The translations under genes and the position numbers were made by a program. 28,942 nucleotides of DNA from an uncultured archaeon (GTDB lineage: Archaea; Iainarchaeota; Iainarchaeia; Iainarchaeales; 0-14-0-20-30-16): contig CAZMGA010000007.1 of NCBI GenBank assembly GCA_964565725.1, forward strand, positions 1 through 28,942. Reading direction: 5' to 3'. The notes below the pieces were generated by a model that saw only the letters and a program-made list of their open reading frames with translations, had not been told where the DNA came from and searched no databases. Position 1 is the first letter of the stretch; each line of letters starts with the position of its first letter. Shown in pieces: positions 1 to 8,816 of this stretch.

Positions 1-1
1 A

Positions 2-508
2 TTTAGATATGAAAGAGCAATATTAAATTCTTTAATAAAAGAGCCAAATGATTTTTTGAAGGCTTTTCAACAATTACCTAAAAATTTAATGATTTTATTT
101 CCACACGCATATCAAAGTTTTTTGTACAATAAATATTTAGATTTACGAATAAAAAAAGGATTTTTTAATGTTAAATTAGATGATGATGTTATTGAAAATA
201 ATGAAATTCAAGGTCCTATTTTTGGATATGATTTTTTAATTTCTAATGGTGAAAATGGAAATTTAGAAAAACAAATTTTAAACGAAGAAAATATTAATTT
301 GGAACAATTTAAAGTACAAAATTTTCCTCAAATGTCGGTTCAAGGTTTAAATAGAAACATATCTTTACAAATAAATAATTTACAATTGTTAGAAATAAAA
401 GAAGATGAATTTTTTCTAGGAAAAAATTGTTTGAAAATATCTTTTAATTTGACAAAAAATTCATATGCCACAGTAGTTTTAAATGAATTAATGAAAAATA
501 GTAATTAA
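2..508 (+). CDS. truD: tRNA pseudouridine synthase TruD/Pus7 family, C-terminal part (5' end outside window)
   Basis: The frame is open from nt 2, so the listed TTG at 56 is not the true start. FPHAYQSFLYNKYL resembles the conserved TruD AYQSyLFN segment. The C-terminal FNLTKNSYATVVLNELMK resembles the TruD F-L-p-G-SYATvvLREl terminus. Confidence 0.65.
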   Translation, partial: FRYERAILNSLIKEPNDFLKAFQQLPKNLMILFPHAYQSFLYNKYLDLRIKKGFFNVKLDDDVIENNEIQGPIFGYDFLISNGENGNLEKQILNEENINLEQFKVQNFPQMSVQGLNRNISLQINNLQLLEIKEDEFFLGKNCLKISFNLTKNSYATVVLNELMKNSN

Positions 509-523
509 ATATTTTTAGAATAG

Positions 524-533
524 CTTTTTATAT
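524..533 (+). promoter_or_regulatory. TATA-like element (ctttttatat) preceded by AGC
   Basis: A/T box lies 21-30 nt upstream of the ATG at 554. That spacing fits an archaeal TATA box driving a leaderless or near-leaderless mRNA. Weak evidence in AT-rich DNA. Confidence 0.3.
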
Positions 534-553
534 TGTTTTTTGTATTATTATTT

Positions 554-1201
554 ATGCCAAAAAAACCAATACACACAAAAATGCCAGAACATAGGGAAAT
601 TCATAGAATTGTACCTAAAGAATTACCTAAAAAATTTGTACATGTGGAATTAGAACGTAAAACACCAATTTTTGATGGTACTAATTTTGTGAAATTTAAT
701 GTTTCTAAAAAAACAGTTGATATAATAAACTATTTAAGATCTAATGGTATGTCTGTTGAGAGAATATTGCGTTTTGAAGGTGAATCAGGAATACATTATT
801 TAAAAGTTATATTTGCAAATGCAGGGGTAAATGTTATAGACTATTTAAGAAGAAATCCTGGTGATAAATTATTTGTTTTAAAAGGTATTGCCGAATTGAT
901 GGGTAAAATGCATTCTTTAGGAGTTGTACATAATGATTGTGGTTTAATAAATTTTGCTATTTTGGATAGACAATTAACTATGATTGATTTTGAACACGCA
1001 GTTCATAAAAAAGTGGATTGGTCTGATGCATCAAGCATATTAAAAGAATATTCTAATGATTTAAATAGATTAAGAGAAAATATAAAATCTGTAAATTTAA
1101 GTCCTGAAGAAAAATCTAAAATATGGAATATTTTATTATCCAATTATCCAGCTCCACAAAACATAAAAGATTTTTTAAAAAGTATTTTTATAAATAATTA
1201 A
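554..1201 (+). CDS. protein-kinase-like fold phosphotransferase (Bud32/RIO- or APH-like), function unknown
   Basis: GKMHSLGVVHNDCGLINFAILDRQLTMIDFEHA matches the catalytic-loop pattern HxDxxxxN followed by a DFG-like IDFE. Compare Bud32 HNDLTTSNFI...IDFG and APH-family IDFExA. No glycine-rich loop is visible in the N-lobe. ATG 554 is preferred over the listed TTG 533. Confidence 0.5.
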   Translation: MPKKPIHTKMPEHREIHRIVPKELPKKFVHVELERKTPIFDGTNFVKFNVSKKTVDIINYLRSNGMSVERILRFEGESGIHYLKVIFANAGVNVIDYLRRNPGDKLFVLKGIAELMGKMHSLGVVHNDCGLINFAILDRQLTMIDFEHAVHKKVDWSDASSILKEYSNDLNRLRENIKSVNLSPEEKSKIWNILLSNYPAPQNIKDFLKSIFINN

Positions 1202-1271
1202 TTGAGATTATATAGCTTTAAGATATTTATTTAAAGCACAAAAAAGTTTTAAAAAGTAAAGAGGTGTTTTT

Positions 1272-1685
1272 ATGGTTTTATTTGATTTAAGAGCATATGA
1301 TTTAAATTTAGAAATTGATAATTCTTTTGTTAAAAAAGAATATTTTTTTGGAGATAAAATAAAAGGCAAAATTAATTTAGAAATTAAAAATAATTGTTTT
1401 ATAAAAAATTTAATTTTTAAAATAGTAAATAAATCAAATATTTCTATAATATTATTTGAAAAAACGTTTTTTGTTAATAAAAGTTTTCTTTTAAAAAATT
1501 TAAAGACTAATATTTTTATATATGACTTTGAATATGTTTTTAAAAAGCCAGAAAATCTAGAAAATACTTTTTTTAAAACAAATAATGATGAATCAAATAA
1601 ATATCTTTTAACCGTATCTATGGATTTTACTTTTAGAAAGTCTGAAATATGTGAAAAAGAAATAATTGTAAAAGACAAGGCATAA
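1272..1685 (+). CDS. hypothetical protein (possible arrestin-N/Spo0M-like beta-sandwich)
   Basis: GAGGTG Shine-Dalgarno lies 6 nt upstream of the ATG. YFFGDKIKGKINLEIKNNCFIKNLIFKIV resembles the y-x-G-e-x-i-x-G-x-v-x-l pattern of arrestin-N/Spo0M domains. The fully overlapping minus-strand ORF is low-complexity F/K/L/S. Confidence 0.45.
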   Translation: MVLFDLRAYDLNLEIDNSFVKKEYFFGDKIKGKINLEIKNNCFIKNLIFKIVNKSNISIILFEKTFFVNKSFLLKNLKTNIFIYDFEYVFKKPENLENTFFKTNNDESNKYLLTVSMDFTFRKSEICEKEIIVKDKA

Positions 1686-1759
1686 ATACTATTTTTTTAC
1701 TTTTCAATTATATTTAATTATAAATATACATATAAACTTTAATATACCTAATAATACTT

Positions 1760-4700
1760 ATGCCTAGGCCTAAAAAATTTGTAAAAATTTCTTTACGAAG
1801 TTCATTTAAACCAAAACCAGTTATTCGAAGACCTTTATCTGGCGTTAAAGAAACTAGATTAAATCAATTATCTAGGCAATTAAAACTAATTCAAAAGGCA
1901 TTTAAAACTAATAGAATTCCTGAAAATAAAAGAGATTTTTTTATAAAAGCCTTACAAAAAATTATTATAGAAAGAAATCAACTAATTGGAGAAATGCATC
2001 CTCAGAACAAACCTCATGAAAGCATTTTAAAGCAAGTTGAAGAAAGAATTGATGTTAATTTAAAAGCTAAAAAACAAATTAAAGAAGCTTCTGATAATAA
2101 ACCTGTGTTAAAAAAAGTTTTAGATAGAGTTTTTAGAGAAAATAGATTATTAGAATATGAACAACAAGAATTAGATTTAGAAAGGCAAAGATTAGAAAAA
2201 GAAAGATTAAAAAGATCTAGATTAGAACGGGACAAAATGATTATTGATAAAGACATAATAAAAATGCAAAAGTTTTTTACTGAAAATAACATTCCAAAAG
2301 ATATAATAGAATATATTTCAAAATATATTGATTTATTCAAAAATGAAAAATATTTGATATTTAATTCAAAAGTAAATTATTTATTTGATATAATAATTTA
2401 CAAATTAAAATTACATAAAATGCCTTTAGAGTTGAGAAAAGAAGCTATGAATTTATTAGAGAATAATAAAATATCTGATGCTTTTAATTTAGTAAAAAGC
2501 GAATTATACAAATTAGCATTAGATAGAAAATTCACTTTCCAAGAATCTTTAGAAAACTCAAAAAATTCATATATTTTAAAAGCTCCAAATAAACTTTCAC
2601 AGAAAATATTATTAGATTATAAAATAAATCCCAATTCCTTATCTTATGAAAAATTACAATATTTTGATCCAAAAGAACTAAAAAAAAGATTACAAGTATT
2701 AACTGATTTAAAATTACCAATTTTAGAATTTCCCGAAAATTTATATTTATTTGTTTATAATATAAATAAATTAACAAGATTAAGTAAAATTGCTAAAAGT
2801 AAAGGATTGGGTGTAAATGATATGTTTAAAAATTACTACCCTCTTTTGAAAGAAATTATTACCTCTAATAGTAGACTTAGTAAATTAATTGATTTTGAAA
2901 TTAGAGGACTTGAAAAAAATATATTTGACTTATTTAGTTTAGACCCAGAAAATCTTAAAAAAATAATTACTAATGAAAATCGATTTAATAAGTTAATTGA
3001 TTTTGGTAACAAATGTTTAGATAGACGTTTTAATCCTAATTTTCTTTTTGATACATTTTTATCTTTAGAAAAAATAATTATTAACGAAAATCGATTTAAT
3101 AAATTATTAGATTTAGGTAATAAATGCATAGATGAAAAAATATATCCTCGTTCTTTGTTTGATTCTTTTTTAAATTGGACTAAATTTATTACTACTGAAA
3201 ATCATTTTAATAAGTTAATTGATTTTGGTAACAAATGTTTAGATAAAGGATTAAACCCATATAAAATTTTTATATCTTTTTCCGAATTAAATAAATTCAA
3301 TAGTATAAATATTTTTGAAAAAATTGGTAATGAATTAATTGATTTTAATTTAGAAGGTTTAAAGAAACAAGAAAATGTCTTTACTTTATTTAAATCTTTT
3401 TCATCTTTAGAATATCTTTTTACTTCAGATAATATTGAAAGAATTGGAAATAAAATTTTAGATTTAGGAAAAAAATGTTTAGATAATAATTTAAATCTAG
3501 CACCGTTACAACTTTTTTTTTCATCTTTAGAAAATTTTATTACTTCTGAAAATCGATTTAACAAATTAATTGATTTTTGTAATAATTGTTTAGATAAAGG
3601 TATGAATTCAACCTATTTTTATTTTTATTTTGACCCTTTAAAAAAACATACTTTTTTAGAAAATCATTTTAATAATTTATTACATGTGAGTTTTGAAATT
3701 ACAGATAAAATTAGAAACGAAGATGTATTAAAAGAAATTATTAATTTAGCATCTGAAAAATTATCTAAAATTAATTTAGATACTATTAAATGGTATGATT
3801 TAATCACAATAAATTTTAATTCTGAAAAAATAAGATCTTGGGCAAATAACTTATTAAGTAATGAGAATATATCTCGAAATAGAGAAAAAGTATTAACAAT
3901 TTCAAAATTAATCGATTTACAAGAATATGTTCAAAAACATAATTTAGAGAATTTAGTAGCAAATACTGGAAAAAGAAATTTTAAAGAATTAATCACAAAT
4001 ATAGAATTAGCTAAAGAATTAGAATTAAATGTTTCAAATATAACTAGTTTACAAGAATATGTTGAGGAAATAAAATTAAAAGTAATACATAAAGCAAGTG
4101 GTTTTGGAATTAATATTAATCAACAAAATGTAGATATAATAAAACCTTATCTGAAAGATATTATAAATTATGTTGCAAAGCACAAAGAATATCCTAATAC
4201 CAAGGTATTATTGGAAACTATAAATAATTATATATCAGGAAATTGGAAAACTTTTAGATATTCAGATTTAGAAAAAGAGTTTGTAAAGTTATTTGGAGAT
4301 AAGGGAAAAAAACTTGTTGAAGAATGGCAAAAGGATTTTAGTTTCGAACCAGAAGTAAAAACTGTTAAAAAAACTCCTAATGAATTAATTTCAGAAATAA
4401 ATAATATTTTGGAACACAATTTATTTGTACATTTAAAATTAAACCCTACAATACATGGGATAATTACTAAAAATATTGATGTTATAAATAAATTTAGAAA
4501 ATATAATAAAGATGCGGATATACACATTGAAAATATTATTAAAAGTATAAAAGAATTAAACAGTTTCAAAAATAAAACTTTTGAAAGTTCTGAACAATTA
4601 CAAGAATTTATATTAAAAAATGTTGATTTATTACACGAATCTATAAAAACATTAAAAATAAATGCTAATGATATTTTAGCAGATTTAAATTCATTAAATG

Positions 4701-5155
4701 TATTTGAAAGTAAAAGTACAGTTGCAGAAAAAATAATTGACTCAGATGATTTTTTTGATTTGTTTTATACTGGTAAAGTAGATAATCAAACATCTTGTCA
4801 AGCTTTTGATTATGGTAATACATCTTTAAGTCAAGGTTTAACAGGATATATTGAACTTCCTTGGTGTAGAATTGTAGGTATAAAAAGCAGTCCTAAAAGT
4901 TATTTGTCAAGATGTATTATGAAATTAGGTTTTGTTAATAATAAATTAACTATTTTATTAGAACCTTTTTATGGTGATTCAAGATATCATCCACAAATAT
5001 TAGAAGTTATTAATAAAAAAGCAAAAGCTATGAGATTAGAGGTTGTAGAATTAACTAAAAGAACTGATAAAGCTATTAAGTTTCCAAAATCTGGTAGAAG
5101 TTATAAAGTATATTCTGACGCATTAGGTGGATTACACGATTTAAGATATTTTTAA
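1760..5155 (+). CDS. large (1131 aa) orphan protein: basic/coiled-coil N-terminus, 37-39-aa tandem repeats, Cys/His-containing C-terminal domain
   Basis: Uninterrupted 3.4-kb ORF in a genome where stops are frequent. N-terminal charged heptad-like stretch (ELDLERQRLEKERLKRSRLERDK). Central repeats have consensus ENRFNKLIDFGNKCLDKGxNPxxLFxSFxSLExxIT. No signal peptide or TM segment is seen. Confidence 0.8.
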   Translation: MPRPKKFVKISLRSSFKPKPVIRRPLSGVKETRLNQLSRQLKLIQKAFKTNRIPENKRDFFIKALQKIIIERNQLIGEMHPQNKPHESILKQVEERIDVNLKAKKQIKEASDNKPVLKKVLDRVFRENRLLEYEQQELDLERQRLEKERLKRSRLERDKMIIDKDIIKMQKFFTENNIPKDIIEYISKYIDLFKNEKYLIFNSKVNYLFDIIIYKLKLHKMPLELRKEAMNLLENNKISDAFNLVKSELYKLALDRKFTFQESLENSKNSYILKAPNKLSQKILLDYKINPNSLSYEKLQYFDPKELKKRLQVLTDLKLPILEFPENLYLFVYNINKLTRLSKIAKSKGLGVNDMFKNYYPLLKEIITSNSRLSKLIDFEIRGLEKNIFDLFSLDPENLKKIITNENRFNKLIDFGNKCLDRRFNPNFLFDTFLSLEKIIINENRFNKLLDLGNKCIDEKIYPRSLFDSFLNWTKFITTENHFNKLIDFGNKCLDKGLNPYKIFISFSELNKFNSINIFEKIGNELIDFNLEGLKKQENVFTLFKSFSSLEYLFTSDNIERIGNKILDLGKKCLDNNLNLAPLQLFFSSLENFITSENRFNKLIDFCNNCLDKGMNSTYFYFYFDPLKKHTFLENHFNNLLHVSFEITDKIRNEDVLKEIINLASEKLSKINLDTIKWYDLITINFNSEKIRSWANNLLSNENISRNREKVLTISKLIDLQEYVQKHNLENLVANTGKRNFKELITNIELAKELELNVSNITSLQEYVEEIKLKVIHKASGFGININQQNVDIIKPYLKDIINYVAKHKEYPNTKVLLETINNYISGNWKTFRYSDLEKEFVKLFGDKGKKLVEEWQKDFSFEPEVKTVKKTPNELISEINNILEHNLFVHLKLNPTIHGIITKNIDVINKFRKYNKDADIHIENIIKSIKELNSFKNKTFESSEQLQEFILKNVDLLHESIKTLKINANDILADLNSLNVFESKSTVAEKIIDSDDFFDLFYTGKVDNQTSCQAFDYGNTSLSQGLTGYIELPWCRIVGIKSSPKSYLSRCIMKLGFVNNKLTILLEPFYGDSRYHPQILEVINKKAKAMRLEVVELTKRTDKAIKFPKSGRSYKVYSDALGGLHDLRYF
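2861..3700 (+). repeat. in-frame coding tandem repeats, period 111-117 nt (7 clear copies plus a degenerate 8th)
   Basis: The GAAAATCGATTT motif recurs at 2975, 3086, 3197 (CAT variant) and 3548. There is a 40-nt exact repeat at 2984-3023 and 3206-3245 (offset 222 = 2 x 111). Confidence 0.85.
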
Positions 5156-5193
5156 TTATTTTTTGTAATTTTTGGTATACATAAAGCACAAGC

Positions 5194-5201
5194 TTTATAA
5201 A
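5194..5201 (+). promoter_or_regulatory. TATA box candidate (TTTATAAA, preceded by AGC) for the superoperon
   Basis: agcTTTATAAAat lies 54 nt upstream of the psmA ATG. That leaves room for a ~30-nt leader carrying the GAGGTGA Shine-Dalgarno. Confidence 0.4.
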
Positions 5202-5254
5202 ATATATAAGTCCTATATATATAATATTATATTATCTTATTTTGAGGTGAATGA

Positions 5255-5953
5255 ATGTATACTACAGACAAAAACACAGTTATGGCTTATGATAGGGCTA
5301 TTACAGTATTTAGTCCAGAAGGAAGATTATATCAAGTAGAATATGCTTCTAAAATAATTGAAAGAGGTACTCCTGCAATGGCTATAAAATGTAAAGATGG
5401 TATATTGTTTGCAGTAGATTTAAACTTCGATTCAAAATTATTAATTATAGATTCAATTGAAAAAATATTTAAAATTGATGATAATGTTTATTTTATTTCT
5501 GCGGGTTTAGCGGGAGATGCTAGAAAATTATCTGAAGAAGCTAGAAGTTTTGCTGTTGAAAATAAATATTTATATAATGAAGAAATTGAAATTGCTACAG
5601 TTTCTAAAAAGGTGGCAACAATTACACAAATATTTACACAATATGGTGGTATGAGACCTTATGGTGTATCTTTTATTGTAGTTGGGCAAGATGATAGTGG
5701 TTATCATATTTTTGAAACTGAACCATCAGGAGCAGTAGCAGAATATAATGCATTAGCAATAGGTAGAGGTAAATCTAAAGCTACAACCATTTTTGAAAAA
5801 AAATACAAACCAAATTTAACAGTAGAGCAAAGTAAAGAAATAATTAAAGATGCTTTTAAAGCAATTTATGAAAAAGCAAATATAGATGAAGACAAAATAA
5901 AATTATATTTATTTAAAGATAGAGAATTAGAAGAATTAAATTTTAAAGAATAG
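5255..5953 (+). CDS. psmA: proteasome subunit alpha
   Basis: N-terminal YDRAITVFSPEGRLYQVEYA signature. GAGGTGA Shine-Dalgarno upstream. Confidence 0.95.
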   Translation: MYTTDKNTVMAYDRAITVFSPEGRLYQVEYASKIIERGTPAMAIKCKDGILFAVDLNFDSKLLIIDSIEKIFKIDDNVYFISAGLAGDARKLSEEARSFAVENKYLYNEEIEIATVSKKVATITQIFTQYGGMRPYGVSFIVVGQDDSGYHIFETEPSGAVAEYNALAIGRGKSKATTIFEKKYKPNLTVEQSKEIIKDAFKAIYEKANIDEDKIKLYLFKDRELEELNFKE

Positions 5954-5960
5954 TGATTAA

Positions 5961-6653
5961 ATGGTAAATATTGATGATGCTAGAATAGCTAGTTATTCTG
6001 AAGATGGATATAATTTTGAAATATTGGTAGATCCTGATTTGGCTTTAGATATAAAATTAGGGAATTTACCATTAGAAAATAATTTAAGTAAATTATTAGC
6101 TATAGATGAAATTTACAAAAATTCAAATACTGGGGAAAAAGCATCTGAAAAATCTGTAGAGTTAATATTTAAAACAAATGATTTGAAAAAAATTGTAGAA
6201 ATAATTTTATTAAAAGGTCATTTAGATTTAACAACTGAACAAAAAAGAAAATTAGCATTATTAAAAAGAAAAGAATTAATTGATTATATTGTAAAGAATT
6301 CTATAAATCCTATAACTAAATTGCCACATCCTGTTTTAAGGGTTGAAAATGCTTTAGAAGAAGGTAAAATAGTTATAGATTCACAAAAATCTATAAAATC
6401 ACAAATAGATAAAATTTTAGAAAAATTAAGTGAAATTTTGCCAATGGATTTTAAAAAAATAATAATAAAAGTTAATGTACCTTTAGATTATGCGGGAAAA
6501 GTAAATGGTATTATAAATAAATATGAGGTATTAGAAAGAAAATGGTCTAATGTATTTAGTTTTACTGTTGATTTGCCAGCTGGTGAAAAAGAGTTATTTA
6601 TGAATAGTATTTCTGGATTAACAAAAGGTACAGCAGAATATGAATTTGAGTGA
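5961..6653 (+). CDS. SBDS-family ribosome maturation protein (Sdo1)
   Basis: The N-terminal segment YNFEILVDPDLALD, the length (~230 aa) and the conserved position after psmA in the archaeal superoperon. Confidence 0.85.
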   Translation: MVNIDDARIASYSEDGYNFEILVDPDLALDIKLGNLPLENNLSKLLAIDEIYKNSNTGEKASEKSVELIFKTNDLKKIVEIILLKGHLDLTTEQKRKLALLKRKELIDYIVKNSINPITKLPHPVLRVENALEEGKIVIDSQKSIKSQIDKILEKLSEILPMDFKKIIIKVNVPLDYAGKVNGIINKYEVLERKWSNVFSFTVDLPAGEKELFMNSISGLTKGTAEYEFE

Positions 6654-6658
6654 TAATT

Positions 6659-7258
6659 ATGAAAACAATTGTAGTTCCTGGAGAATTAGTTAATGAAAAG
6701 TCTGTTAAAGGTAATGGAGTAGTTATTAGTAATAATAAAACTTATTCAGAATATGTTGGCGTTTTATATAACGAAAAATATTTGCAAGTAGTTCCTTTAA
6801 ATGGAAAATATTTACCAAAAACAGAAGATGTTGTAATAGGTTATATAGAGCAATTAGATATAAATGGATATATTTGTAATGTAAATTCCTATAAATCAGT
6901 TTATTTGCATAAAAATGGTTTAAGTAAAAAATTAAATTTAGGAGATATTGTTTTAGCTAAAATTAGTTCTGTAAACGAAATAAAAGATTTTGGTTTAGAA
7001 ATAATGGGTATATTAAGAGATGGTATTTTAATGAATATTAATGCAAAAAAAGTTCCTCGGGTTATAGGAAAAAATAAATCAATGTTAGAACTATTACAAA
7101 AGTATTCTAAATCAAATATTAGAGTAGGGGCTAATGGTTATATATACGTAGTTGGGGGAAATTATTTAATTGTAAAAGACGCATTAGAAATAATTGAAAA
7201 ATATTCTCATGTAGATAATTTAACTGAGAAATTAAATAAATATTTAAGTAATAAATAA
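6659..7258 (+). CDS. rrp4: exosome complex RNA-binding subunit Rrp4 (S1 + KH)
   Basis: IVVPGELV N-terminus and the KH-like VPRVIGKNKSMLELLQKYSKSNIRVGANGYIYV. An alternative GTG start at 6650 overlaps the SBDS stop. Short (199 aa) for Rrp4. Confidence 0.8.
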   Translation: MKTIVVPGELVNEKSVKGNGVVISNNKTYSEYVGVLYNEKYLQVVPLNGKYLPKTEDVVIGYIEQLDINGYICNVNSYKSVYLHKNGLSKKLNLGDIVLAKISSVNEIKDFGLEIMGILRDGILMNINAKKVPRVIGKNKSMLELLQKYSKSNIRVGANGYIYVVGGNYLIVKDALEIIEKYSHVDNLTEKLNKYLSNK

Positions 7259-7277
7259 ATGATGGAGAAGAGAAAAT

Positions 7278-8006
7278 ATGAGTGAAGAATGGTATTTTGA
7301 TTCCAAAGGAAAAAGATTTGATGGTCGAGCTCAATTTGAAAAAAGACCAATTTCTGCTAAAGTTGGAGTAATAGATAATGCAGATGGTTCTGCATATGTA
7401 GAATGGGGACAAAATAAAGCATTAGCTGCTGTTTATGGTCCTAAAGAAATGTTGCCAAAACATATGGCTAATCCTAATAAAGCGGTAATAAGATATTATT
7501 ATAGAATGGCTCCTTTTTCAGTACCTGATAGAAAAAATCCTAAACCAGGTAGAAGAGAAATAGAAATTTCAAAAGTATCTGGAGAAGCATTATCACAAGC
7601 AGTAGATTTAAGTGTATATCCTAATTGTGCAATAGATGTTTATTTAACAATTTTAGATAGTAATGCGGGAACAAGAATTTGTGGATTATTAGCATCTAGT
7701 TTAGCATTAGCTGATGCCGGAATTCCTATGAGAGATTTAGTTTCAGGAGTTTCAGTTGGAAAAGCAGGTGGTAAAATAATTACTGATTTAAGTAAACATG
7801 AAGAAGATGCACCTGATGCTGTTGATTTGCCGATTGCTATGTTGCCAGAAACTGATGAAGTTGTTTTAATGCAAATGGATGGTCCATTAACTGAAAAAGA
7901 GTTTAATGAAGCATTAGATTTGGCAAAAAAGAATTGTGTTGAATTAAAAGAATTACAAATGAATGTTTTAAAAGAAAAATATAATGAAGATTTTGATGGT
8001 GAGTAA
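7278..8006 (+). CDS. rrp41: exosome complex exonuclease Rrp41 (RNase PH fold)
   Basis: RFDGRAQFEKRPISAKVGVIDNADGSAYVEWGQNKALAAVYGPKE is a typical RNase PH domain 1 sequence. Confidence 0.9.
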   Translation: MSEEWYFDSKGKRFDGRAQFEKRPISAKVGVIDNADGSAYVEWGQNKALAAVYGPKEMLPKHMANPNKAVIRYYYRMAPFSVPDRKNPKPGRREIEISKVSGEALSQAVDLSVYPNCAIDVYLTILDSNAGTRICGLLASSLALADAGIPMRDLVSGVSVGKAGGKIITDLSKHEEDAPDAVDLPIAMLPETDEVVLMQMDGPLTEKEFNEALDLAKKNCVELKELQMNVLKEKYNEDFDGE

Positions 8007-8007
8007 A

Positions 8008-8811
8008 ATGAAATATTTATATGAATCTGAAATGGTAAAAGCAAAAATAAATAATGATGAAAGAATATCTAATAGAAAAATGTATGATACAAGAGATATT
8101 TCGGTAGAATTAAATACTTTTAAGAATGCAAATGGTTCAGCAATATTAACTTTAGGAAAAACTAAAGTAATTGCAGGGGTAAAAATTTTACCTGATAAAC
8201 CATTTCCTGATAATCCTGATGAAGGATCAATAAGTATTGGTATAGAAATGAGTGCTATGGCTGATGAAAGTTTTGATACTGGTCCTCCATCAGAAGATTC
8301 TATAGAATTATCTAGAGTTGTAGATAGAGCAATAAGAGAATCTGGCGCTATAGATTTTAAATCTTTAGGTTTAGTAGATGGTGAAGTTGCTTGGTTTATA
8401 TTTATAGATATTTATGTGATGAATAATGATGGTAATTTATTTGATGCTTGTGAATTAGCAGCATTAGCTGCTTTAAAAGTAAGTAAATTTCCAAAATTAG
8501 ATTCTGAATATAAAATAGTTAAAGATGAATTTGGAGACAATTTAAAATTAGATTGTAATCCTATATTATTTACTTTTGGAAAAATTGGAGACAAAGTAGT
8601 ATTAGATCCTGATGCAATAGAAGAATGTGCTATGTCAGCTAGATTTTCTATAAGTATAATAGATAATAAAAAAATAGTTGCAATTCAAAAAGGATTAGAA
8701 GGAAGTTTTAAATTAGATGAAATTAGAGAAATGGTTAATGTAGCTATTAAAAAACATTCAGAACAATTAAAAAAATTAGAAGAGGCTATAAAAGAAAATA
8801 AAAGGAAGTGA
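8008..8811 (+). CDS. rrp42: exosome complex subunit Rrp42 (RNase PH-like)
   Basis: ANGSAILTLGKTKVIAGVK RNase PH-like core. The ATG at 8008 follows a GGTGAG Shine-Dalgarno and lies 1 nt after the rrp41 stop. The listed ATG at 7984 is an in-frame alternative. Confidence 0.85.
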   Translation: MKYLYESEMVKAKINNDERISNRKMYDTRDISVELNTFKNANGSAILTLGKTKVIAGVKILPDKPFPDNPDEGSISIGIEMSAMADESFDTGPPSEDSIELSRVVDRAIRESGAIDFKSLGLVDGEVAWFIFIDIYVMNNDGNLFDACELAALAALKVSKFPKLDSEYKIVKDEFGDNLKLDCNPILFTFGKIGDKVVLDPDAIEECAMSARFSISIIDNKKIVAIQKGLEGSFKLDEIREMVNVAIKKHSEQLKKLEEAIKENKRK

Positions 8812-8816
8812 ATAAA

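Noticed and set aside
1208-1678. 156-aa minus-strand ORF fully overlapping the 1272-1685 plus-strand ORF
   Set aside because: Its translation is low-complexity F/K/L/S/I, typical of the antisense reading of A-rich codons, and it has no ribosome-binding site. The plus-strand ORF has a GAGGTG Shine-Dalgarno and a more protein-like composition.
2861-3700. Regularly spaced ~111-117-nt repeats that could superficially suggest a CRISPR-like or satellite array
   Set aside because: The repeats are in frame within one long ORF and are conserved at the protein level more than at the nucleotide level. The period is far longer than a repeat-plus-spacer unit, and there are no short palindromic repeats. 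This is a protein-coding tandem repeat.
2014-4569. Five minus-strand ORFs (2014-2340, 2532-2777, 2836-3129, 3202-3564, 4228-4569) inside the 1131-aa gene
   Set aside because: These are shadow ORFs antisense to a long, continuous coding frame. Two of them merely mirror the tandem repeats. Their composition is low-complexity.
7131-8594. Minus-strand ORFs 7131-7412, 7640-8044 and 8412-8594 overlapping rrp4, rrp41 and rrp42
   Set aside because: They are antisense to genes with unmistakable exosome signatures, and they have no motifs or ribosome-binding sites of their own.
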